From assembly GCA_026625185.1 (NCBI GenBank), contig CP113000.1, positions 2,085,622 through 2,117,621 of the forward strand: a DNA stretch of 32,000 nt, written 5' to 3'. Below are positions 14,228 through 22,221 of this stretch, in pieces. The DNA is from Thermodesulfobacteriota bacterium (lineage in GTDB: Bacteria > Desulfobacterota > WTBG01 > JAGOGO01). A program made the position numbers and the translations under genes. The stretch's first letter is position 1. Each line of letters begins with the position of its first letter. The notes below the pieces were generated by a model, which did not search any database, was not told the origin of the DNA, and saw only the letters and a program-made list of their open reading frames with translations.

Positions 14228-16612
14228 CTAAAAAACTAAAAACATTAAATAATCACCGCCACTTACTTTAGTGACAACATCACAAATCAACTCACAGATA
14301 ATTTCATCGACATTATAAATTGAGCTGGTTACCTCATCACAAACCGGCTGAATAACCATTTCATCGACGTCATTGCCGACCGAGTAGATACTATCCTTCT
14401 CAATTTTGGGCTGACCCCATGTCCAAGTATTATTGGATGATGCTCTGGTTTTATTAAATGTGAGCATGTAAAAGTGCCCACCGAATAAAAACACCATCGG
14501 CCAAGGGCTGGTATCCGGGTCGCCGTCAAAGGTGGCGACTAAAGTAGAGATCAAAAGATTCATTCCAACATCATAGACCAATGAACTATTAGCCTTATAG
14601 GTTTGAGCGATAATCCAAAAAGTACCGTCAAAATTTTGTAGACATGTTCCCTCTGCCCTGTTATTGGTATCAATGCTAATTGAGGTAAACGAACTTAAAT
14701 CTGTTGAATAAGCCAAGGCAGGCCGTTGGCTCCCTCCAGAATCCCAAGTGGTGTATGCAATTAACCATCGGGAATTTGCGCTATCGTAGGCGGACATGAG
14801 ATCGAAGGCGCCGGCCCCTCCGCTGGTTGTCGGAAGGCTTAGGGCAGACAATCCACTAACCACATTCGTGCCGGAAAGGATATCTCCGGTAGTAAATAGT
14901 TTATGGTCAGCGGTGATTGTGGTTAAAAGTCCGTCACCCCATCGTGAAATAAACAGCCTCCTGTCACCATTGTTATGCCTTATAATATGGGCTGCATGGT
15001 CGTTCATGATTTTGCTACTTCGAGAAACCATAATTACAGCCAATTGGGTAATGGTATAGTCACCGAGATCAAGAGAGAAAACTCCGCAATATCCAGAAGG
15101 TGTGGTTTGAGATGTAAAAGAATCATAATATGACCCTGCTGGGTCAGAAGCAGTGGCAGTAAAAAGAATGGTGGTTCCATCTATATAAGGCGTACCGTCT
15201 TCATTTGTGACAACCCGCGTATCTCTAAGCCCGACTCCCCCAAACCTGCCACATTTGAAATTTGAAAAAGCAATAGTGGATGTCCCACTGGTTTTTAAGG
15301 CAAAAAATCCCGCCATGTAGCCCGACAACGCAGTTGATCCTCTTAAATCTGTTGTCGAAGAAGCCTGTTTGCAAGCATACGTCCATCCCGATCCGGAATC
15401 GTACCATGCACACAATGAATTCCCCACAATACTCAATCCGATTTTAAACGGAGGAGTTAATGTTATGCTGAAAGAGGCTGTCCCTGAAGAACCACTTCCC
15501 CCAAATTTCCATGTTATATGGACGTAAGTGTTATCGCTTTCATAAACAACTTTCACAAAGTTATCTGCATCCTTAATCAAAACAACCCCGGCTCGCCAGT
15601 TGGCGGAATCTCCTGAAAATGAGTCGATTTGAGCTTCTATAAATGCCTGCGGCATCGAAAAAGAACTGGTATTTTCTGCTACATAATCGCTTTGTGGTGA
15701 TCCCGAAGTGGTCTGTGCAATGGTAAATTTATTGTTTGCAATAGACGTGGAACCAGCATTGTTTTCGGTAAATTTAGTGAATTGTCCGTTATCGGCGGAA
15801 AAGTTTTCAGAAAAATCATTCAAACCTGAGGGATCTGGGTCAAAATAAGTAGGAGACCCAACTACAGAAAGATTCATTGCGGTAGGAATATACCCAATCC
15901 CGGAAAATGTTCCTCCCCGAATTGCATCTATCTCAGCTATTACTAAATTTCGGTTAAACAAAACCAACTCATCAACCAGTACGGGAACGGAATTTGGGCT
16001 ATCCGTGGGATCGCAACCGATATAAAAAGAATTGCTTGACCGGACGGTAAGGGTATTGGAAAAAGTATGAGTGTAAGTTGTAGCGGTTTGAGCGGTATCA
16101 TCCCAAATACGCACGACCATCTTTTTGGTTACCCCATCGAGTACCAATCCAACATGATACCACCGTCCTGTGCTTAAGGTAGCCACCACCCATTCTTCCT
16201 GTTGTTGAACGGTTCCATATCCCCAAGCGACCCTAAACTGAGTGGTCGAATTTTTAAACCCCACAAAGAGGCAACTCCCAACTCCATTCCATTCAGCATT
16301 CCCGAAAAGAAGTGGATAACCGGAGGGCGTTCCGCTGAGATAAAACCAGCAACACCCCGAAAATCTCTTTACCGTATCGCCACTTTTAAGCGGGAACCCG
16401 GCGCATTGATTTGCGCTGGAAATTGAAAGTCTATTTTTTGCAGCCGTATCATTAAGTTTGGCAGAATCTGAACCTTCCTTATAGCTGGTTGTAGAATTAA
16501 CCACCCCGGTATTTGATAGCGTGTTCGTGCTTATGGAATCTACGGTAAGGGCCCCGTTTTCCATGCGCCAAAGAGCCTTACAAAAAATATCCTGAGAAAA
16601 ATCGTTACCCAC
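14228..16612 (-). CDS. tail fibre / receptor-binding protein with N-terminal LamG (concanavalin-A-like) domain
   Basis: 794 aa. The N-terminal approximately 230 aa (ALWRMENGALTVDSISTNTLSN...WYHVGLVLDG...LVDELVLFNRNL) fit the LamG jelly-roll pattern common in phage fibres. It lies after the tail-tip genes. Confidence 0.65.
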   Translation of the reverse strand: MGNDFSQDIFCKALWRMENGALTVDSISTNTLSNTGVVNSTTSYKEGSDSAKLNDTAAKNRLSISSANQCAGFPLKSGDTVKRFSGCCWFYLSGTPSGYPLLFGNAEWNGVGSCLFVGFKNSTTQFRVAWGYGTVQQQEEWVVATLSTGRWYHVGLVLDGVTKKMVVRIWDDTAQTATTYTHTFSNTLTVRSSNSFYIGCDPTDSPNSVPVLVDELVLFNRNLVIAEIDAIRGGTFSGIGYIPTAMNLSVVGSPTYFDPDPSGLNDFSENFSADNGQFTKFTENNAGSTSIANNKFTIAQTTSGSPQSDYVAENTSSFSMPQAFIEAQIDSFSGDSANWRAGVVLIKDADNFVKVVYESDNTYVHITWKFGGSGSSGTASFSITLTPPFKIGLSIVGNSLCAWYDSGSGWTYACKQASSTTDLRGSTALSGYMAGFFALKTSGTSTIAFSNFKCGRFGGVGLRDTRVVTNEDGTPYIDGTTILFTATASDPAGSYYDSFTSQTTPSGYCGVFSLDLGDYTITQLAVIMVSRSSKIMNDHAAHIIRHNNGDRRLFISRWGDGLLTTITADHKLFTTGDILSGTNVVSGLSALSLPTTSGGAGAFDLMSAYDSANSRWLIAYTTWDSGGSQRPALAYSTDLSSFTSISIDTNNRAEGTCLQNFDGTFWIIAQTYKANSSLVYDVGMNLLISTLVATFDGDPDTSPWPMVFLFGGHFYMLTFNKTRASSNNTWTWGQPKIEKDSIYSVGNDVDEMVIQPVCDEVTSSIYNVDEIICELICDVVTKVSGGDYLMFLVF

Positions 16613-16614
16613 GG

Positions 16615-17268
16615 TTAATACCCTTTATTGATCGCCACAAAATCATATTTTGAGTCCGTTCCGTTATAGACGTAACCGAGACGGTCAAGTTTATTCGCCC
16701 CGGATGATAATGTCGGCGGTGACGGCAGGTCGTCACTGCCGCGCACCTCAGCGCCGAATGTGACCGTCCGTCCTCCAGTGGCATCCTGTTTTAAAAGAAG
16801 TTGGCATTTTTGCCCATCAGCCGCGCCGGAAAAAGTAAAGGCTACCGTCGCCCGGTCGAAGGTCATTTTGCCGATCCCGCCGAGAGACCAGTCAATGGTG
16901 ACATTGTCGGCGCAGGTAATTGTCTGCACGACTTTTTCCGGATGTTTTAGTTTCCACGCGCTGCCATTGTAATTAATTTCAACATCCTCATCCTGCACGA
17001 ATGCCCGCCAACCCTCTGCCGGTAAAAGAAAAATCCAGCCGTTATCGTAAATCGCCACGTAATTTTCTTTCCCGGCCCATGCTCCGGTGGCAGTGGCCTT
17101 GGGGATATATACCTGGCCATTGCTGGGGCTGCCCGGAGGAGCCGTTAAATCGCGGTCAATCACACATATCTGTGCCATGACTGCCAGCCGGTGATTTGCC
17201 TGGTTGTGGGTTAAATATTTCGAGGCCTGGCTTTCGACCATGTCGGTTATTTGCAAAAAATCGGTCAT
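16615..17268 (-). CDS. DUF2793-like tail-tip-associated protein
   Basis: QASKYLTHNQANHRLAVMAQ...DRDLTAPPGSPSNGQVYI...GAWAGKENYVAIYDNGWIF resembles DUF2793 proteins, which follow g15-like genes in GTA-like and alphaproteobacterial siphophage clusters. Confidence 0.6.
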   Translation of the reverse strand: MTDFLQITDMVESQASKYLTHNQANHRLAVMAQICVIDRDLTAPPGSPSNGQVYIPKATATGAWAGKENYVAIYDNGWIFLLPAEGWRAFVQDEDVEINYNGSAWKLKHPEKVVQTITCADNVTIDWSLGGIGKMTFDRATVAFTFSGAADGQKCQLLLKQDATGGRTVTFGAEVRGSDDLPSPPTLSSGANKLDRLGYVYNGTDSKYDFVAINKGY

Positions 17269-17324
17269 AATAAACTCATAAATAAAATGTTAGCGGTTTA
17301 ACCGGTTTAAACAGTTCAAGCGGT

Positions 17325-20300
17325 TCAAATTGTTGCTGACGCCCCATAACCCCGGTCAACGGTCGCTGAAATTTGATAGGCTATCAAATTTACCGGGCTG
17401 CCTGGGGTTATCCCGTCTGCGGTCTGCTGGGCAGCTGTATAGCTCGCCGATTCGGTAGTTGCGGTAATTGTCCGCACAACTGATCCGCTTTTGTAAATAT
17501 CTATTTTAAAAGACTTGGTTGTCTCTCCCAACGGCACATCTGAGTTGTCCCGCCATTCTCCTCCGATTCGGGTACGGCGAATCCAGGTAATAGTCAGGTT
17601 ATTGCTCCCATCCCGTGTGCCCGTAACATGACAGGGTGCATAAGGTTTTTTGCCTACCGCATCGCAGACAAACGGTATGATTTGATGATCACCCAGATCA
17701 GCATCCGGTGGCATCACCACATAAAATCTCGTTTGTTCTATATCCTCCGATTGCAGCTTGATCCGATCGTATTTTTTCGAGTCATTCAGTATAACAAACC
17801 GCTCGCCCGTAGTATGTCCCCCGACTGCCCATTCCGTTCCCCGAAGCCCTCTCATCAGGGCTGAGATCGTCCAGCTTCCGCTCCCGTTGTCGGTCGCATT
17901 CATAAACCGTATAATTTCATCACCCACTAAGCATAGGTTTACTCCGTTTAGTACGTCCGCTTCCGTCGCGTCCTCTAAAATAGAATCTGCATCGTAAAGT
18001 TGGATGGTAAGGGAATTTATCAGGTCAAATGATCCCACGCTCCCAACCGACCCGAGGACGGACAGACAGCGGCCAATCACAGACTCATCTTCGATGTTGC
18101 CTACACGGTCAAAATTTCTGATGCCGTCGTTGGATTCTAATATCTTAGCCCCATACCAATAATATGAAGAGCGTGCCGCCAGGTAAAAGCCACAATCATC
18201 ATCCCGGTCATCGACCAGCGGAATATCCAAAAAATACGGATCAAGCTGACCCTTGGAATTTTTTAGACTTTCGTCTTCTTGCCCGGAAACGGATGTTTGT
18301 TCTGTTCCTGTTGCGTTGGATACGTAACAATAATCAGCATCCGGCAGGGCTTTACATTCCATCAGCAGGTTAGCTCCAATCTGGATCTCATTCAGCAGCA
18401 ACAAAAAACTATTATCTTTGTACGGAATGGTTAGCACGTCCGTGGGATCATATTTCAGGTATTTCCAGGGGATCGCGAATTCGTATTCACCCTCTTTTTG
18501 TTTCCAGGCGAGGTAAAGCATTTTTTCGGATATCTGCTTTGCCAAATCTTTGTCCATCACTACCGCAATATCTATCGTCTCTTTGTTGCGGCTGTTCATG
18601 GTGGTTGGGACGCGGGTGGAAAATTGGGTTCTGGACTCGTGGCTCTGGTCGACGTCGATGTATTTCACCTCTATGGTCTGAGGAATATCCATGTCGATCT
18701 CACGATTGGTGAGCAGAGGTACTGGCCGGGAGTCGCCGAACACATGTGCCCCCAGTTCATCTTCATCAATCGTTCCATCGGATATTCCAGTTCGCAACGG
18801 AAATTTTAGTTTCCAGTCGCTTTCCACCGCATCGAAAAAAAATGCGGATTGAAGGGTCTCGATGGCGCTTCTCCCGGTAGAATCACCGGTGACCGAAATC
18901 CCGTCAATATTGATGCCTGACAAATCGGAGACATCTATATCCGACGAGGTTAAAGACATCTGCTCGGCAATGTCCGTTATAATGCTTGATAAGGTAACTT
19001 TATCGGCGCTAACTCGGTCAATGTACATCACCCAACCACTATTTGTTCCGCGCCCCCACAATGCTAACCCTTCATCATCGATAAGTAATTGAGAAGGAGT
19101 GCCCGTAAATTCCAAACTACTGCAGGTTACTTGCCGTAATATCGTGAGGGTTTTACAATCAACTTCGCACGCGTACCCGCTTTCTAAAACCAACCAAAAA
19201 ATTCCCCCCGAGCTGGGACCATTTTTAAAAGCGGCAGAGTTACCACCCCTTAAAGTAGATGAAAAATCAAGCGTGGAAATTACTGTTTTAGAATTGAGTG
19301 AGTATTTAATCAGCCGCCCGACACCACTATGTTGACCGCCGACGATGAGGAAATCATCCCCTGTTTTATTTTGGAAATAAGTTATGTAAAGAGGATATTC
19401 CAGATCGGAGGGAGAAATATCAAATTTTTCATTGCCAAAATATGGGATAAAGAGGGCATCCAATAATTCCACAACCGGCGGGATCATACAGTGTATTAAA
19501 AACCCTCCTGTATGCCCCATTGATGGCACCCCGCAAACAGCCCAGCAATCACCATTTTTGTCCACCGCGCCCTGTAAAACCTCGCAGCCGTAACCAGTTG
19601 TCGCCGGGTTAGGAATAGGATTTAATAGATAGGTCAACCACATATCACCGTCTAAAATAAGCGTTTTGCCCCCCATAAGACTTTGCCCAAAAATAAACGG
19701 CTGCACCCCTTCAATTACGGTTCCCGATATTCCCCCTAAAATCCAAATGTAGGGCAATGATACTCCCATGTAATCGACAAATGATACGCAGTAACCACCA
19801 CTGGGTTGATCTGTCCCGGCTTTATTGCCCTGATAATCAACTGTCCACCCCAGGTATTTAAAGTCTTTGCTGTACTTTACAAGGGGGACGGTCACAAAAC
19901 CATAGGCTCCAAACCCCCAGGCGTAAGCGTACCCAAAAAAATCGAAACACCAATCACCCCCTCCAATGTCACTTTCAGAAGCCGGAAAATATTTTTGAAC
20001 GGACTGATCGTAAATATCCACCACAATTACTGTTGAACCACCTATAGCATATATAATTTCCGGCATGCCCCACGGTTTAAAATATATCGCATCTGTATTC
20101 GGATTCTCAGGCAACTCAAAAATATCCAAATCATTAACTATGTCGCCCGATGCCACCACTTCGGCCTCGACTTTAGACGGTAATTGGCTGCCAAAATCGT
20201 CTAAACGGACATTTTTAAACAACGTGTAAGCCTGGCCTCGATAAGACGGGACTTTGCCGATGCCTTCAACGCTTTCCATGTAGGGGTCAGTCTCTTGGGT

Positions 20301-20699
20301 TTGGTCTCCAAGGTAATGGGTCATGCTGTCAACTATTTTTTTTGCCACTTTTTTATTGTCGGGCATAACATTATAGACCAGCTTATCATTGAGCCAAATC
20401 CGCCGTATGGCGGTAATCGGCCCGGACCCCCATGACACCGCGAAGGTCGCATAGTAATGGTAGGTAACTGTCGTTACCCCGCCGCTGGTCTTCGATTTCT
20501 TTTTTTCCCTTAATTGATTTCCTTCCACCCATATATATTTACCCTCCCAGCGATTTGCCCCCCATCCGCGCCTAATCGGTTCCCCATACGTTTTCGCGGT
20601 TACTCGCCGGTCTTCCAGGCGCGGGCCGTATTGTTTAACCGGCTTGTTAAAAAGCTTTCCTAAAAATGAAAGCCCTATCGCAAAAAGGAAACCCCACAT
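17325..20699 (-). CDS. host-specificity / central tail-tip protein (lambda J / RcGTA g15-like)
   Basis: 1124 aa. The N-terminus (GPRLEDRRVTAKTYGEPIRRGWGANRWEGKYIWV) and C-terminus (LMRGLRGTEWAVGGHTTGERFV...ITWIRRTRIGGEWRD...PLGETTKSFKIDIY...YQISATVDRGYG) follow the conserved g15/J-type pattern. Confidence 0.8.
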   Translation of the reverse strand: MWGFLFAIGLSFLGKLFNKPVKQYGPRLEDRRVTAKTYGEPIRRGWGANRWEGKYIWVEGNQLREKKKSKTSGGVTTVTYHYYATFAVSWGSGPITAIRRIWLNDKLVYNVMPDNKKVAKKIVDSMTHYLGDQTQETDPYMESVEGIGKVPSYRGQAYTLFKNVRLDDFGSQLPSKVEAEVVASGDIVNDLDIFELPENPNTDAIYFKPWGMPEIIYAIGGSTVIVVDIYDQSVQKYFPASESDIGGGDWCFDFFGYAYAWGFGAYGFVTVPLVKYSKDFKYLGWTVDYQGNKAGTDQPSGGYCVSFVDYMGVSLPYIWILGGISGTVIEGVQPFIFGQSLMGGKTLILDGDMWLTYLLNPIPNPATTGYGCEVLQGAVDKNGDCWAVCGVPSMGHTGGFLIHCMIPPVVELLDALFIPYFGNEKFDISPSDLEYPLYITYFQNKTGDDFLIVGGQHSGVGRLIKYSLNSKTVISTLDFSSTLRGGNSAAFKNGPSSGGIFWLVLESGYACEVDCKTLTILRQVTCSSLEFTGTPSQLLIDDEGLALWGRGTNSGWVMYIDRVSADKVTLSSIITDIAEQMSLTSSDIDVSDLSGINIDGISVTGDSTGRSAIETLQSAFFFDAVESDWKLKFPLRTGISDGTIDEDELGAHVFGDSRPVPLLTNREIDMDIPQTIEVKYIDVDQSHESRTQFSTRVPTTMNSRNKETIDIAVVMDKDLAKQISEKMLYLAWKQKEGEYEFAIPWKYLKYDPTDVLTIPYKDNSFLLLLNEIQIGANLLMECKALPDADYCYVSNATGTEQTSVSGQEDESLKNSKGQLDPYFLDIPLVDDRDDDCGFYLAARSSYYWYGAKILESNDGIRNFDRVGNIEDESVIGRCLSVLGSVGSVGSFDLINSLTIQLYDADSILEDATEADVLNGVNLCLVGDEIIRFMNATDNGSGSWTISALMRGLRGTEWAVGGHTTGERFVILNDSKKYDRIKLQSEDIEQTRFYVVMPPDADLGDHQIIPFVCDAVGKKPYAPCHVTGTRDGSNNLTITWIRRTRIGGEWRDNSDVPLGETTKSFKIDIYKSGSVVRTITATTESASYTAAQQTADGITPGSPVNLIAYQISATVDRGYGASATI

Positions 20700-20705
20700 G
20701 TAAAA

Positions 20706-21563
20706 TTAGTCCTCTGCATCCGGAGATTGATTTATAACGCTTTCGGGAGGCACAAACGGCTCACCCCTAAAATTTATTACATTGTCGTATTTATCTTCAC
20801 AGGTGCTCACTTTTTTATCACATCCGGGATAGGCCTCGTAGGTATCGCCGATTTGAATCGTTTTCGGCATCGCGAGGAATAGAGTAAACGTTGTCGTACT
20901 TAAACCCCAATCTTTAACCTCCATTGACAGCCCGGCGTTATCACCCGTGAGCCAATGAATATAACCGTAATTAAAATAATCGTTAGCCTCGGTGCGAGAA
21001 CTGTCGGCAAATACCCGGTTGTCCGTCACGCCGGTCACCGCGCCGGTGACTTTGAGGGCAGTCAGATTAACGCCGCACCGGGAATCACCCAGATCCGCCC
21101 GGCATTCCGCGCTGTATGCCTCGCACATTTTTTTGGAAAAATAATCCGTCATGCTGGTGATGGAGGCGGTATATTTACCTTGTTCTATTTTAACCTTTCC
21201 GAACCGCCCGCGCCGCAGCTTGATGATCCCCATGCCGGTGTTCATGAAGTTGATCAGGAATAACCAGATCTCGGCGTAGTCGTATTTGCCCTCGCGCAAA
21301 TCGTTCTCCAAAACCCCATCTCCCTCATCAAATAATAATCCTTCCAAATCAACTTGGTCAGGATTCATTTGGGAGGTTGTTGAAATGGCCGTACGGTCTC
21401 CGCCGGTAGCCGCTTCATAGGTCACGCCGTCATAAACAATGTCTTTATCGTTCGAGGTAAAACCGAGAGTTACCCCGTCCTGCCGGGTGATTTTCCAACA
21501 GAAGGCGAGGGTGAGGTTGTCGCCCTCAAGATGTGTTTGCAATGCCGGAGAAATGGTTTTCAT
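20706..21563 (-). CDS. tail hub protein, DUF2163 / BR0599 family (RcGTA g13-like)
   Basis: The N-terminus SPALQTHLEGDNLTLAFCWKITRQDGVTLGFTSNDKDIVYDGVTYEAATG is characteristic of this family. Positioned between the DUF2460 and J-like genes. Confidence 0.75.
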   Translation of the reverse strand: MKTISPALQTHLEGDNLTLAFCWKITRQDGVTLGFTSNDKDIVYDGVTYEAATGGDRTAISTTSQMNPDQVDLEGLLFDEGDGVLENDLREGKYDYAEIWLFLINFMNTGMGIIKLRRGRFGKVKIEQGKYTASITSMTDYFSKKMCEAYSAECRADLGDSRCGVNLTALKVTGAVTGVTDNRVFADSSRTEANDYFNYGYIHWLTGDNAGLSMEVKDWGLSTTTFTLFLAMPKTIQIGDTYEAYPGCDKKVSTCEDKYDNVINFRGEPFVPPESVINQSPDAED

Positions 21564-21627
21564 ATTATTTGTTCACCGTTCGCCGTTTTCCGTTGTCCGG
21601 GGTCAGGGGAAAATGTCGCCGATTTCA

Positions 21628-22221
21628 TTACAATCGCACCTCAACCATGTTGATTTCCTTCACCGAATTAATTCCGTAGCTATCGAGTGTTTGCGGCAGC
21701 TCACTATCCACAAATCGCATCGGTATATCGTATTCAAAGTCACAGGTGACCGGGGTCACCGGATCATAGGTAAATGTAATAATCCCGGTAGTAATATCAA
21801 CGGTATAGTCGGCAGGGGTCGATTTAAGCGTGCCATTGTCGTAAACTTTGAGGGTTCCGGAGACCAGCTTTTTGATCTCTTTAGTATAACTTCCTCCGGC
21901 ATCGGAATAGAGTTTGCAAATCTGATAGGTGCGTGTGGTAATCATGGTCGCCGTCTGGCTGGTTCCGGTATAATCTCTCCAGTTTTTAACCCGGAAACCG
22001 TTTGCCGGTCCTCGCCGGGCATGAAAAAAGGCGAGCAGGGCCGCCAGCTCCGCATTGGTTTTTACCGCCCAGGCAATATTTGCTTTCATGCGGGGGTTAG
22101 TCCACTGCTGCCAGGTGGAAATATTGCCTGCGCCGTTTTCAATCACCACTACCTGATCTTCAACCGTAAAAACCGACCCATACGAAATATCGGTTGGAAA
22201 CTGCACCTCATGAAAGCCCAT
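21628..22221 (-). CDS. distal tail protein, DUF2460 family (RcGTA g12-like)
   Basis: The N-terminus MGFHEVQFPTDISYGS, then FFHARRGPANGFRVKNWRDY, match the family pattern. The start overlaps the tape-measure stop (TAATG). Confidence 0.75.
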   Translation of the reverse strand: MGFHEVQFPTDISYGSVFTVEDQVVVIENGAGNISTWQQWTNPRMKANIAWAVKTNAELAALLAFFHARRGPANGFRVKNWRDYTGTSQTATMITTRTYQICKLYSDAGGSYTKEIKKLVSGTLKVYDNGTLKSTPADYTVDITTGIITFTYDPVTPVTCDFEYDIPMRFVDSELPQTLDSYGINSVKEINMVEVRL

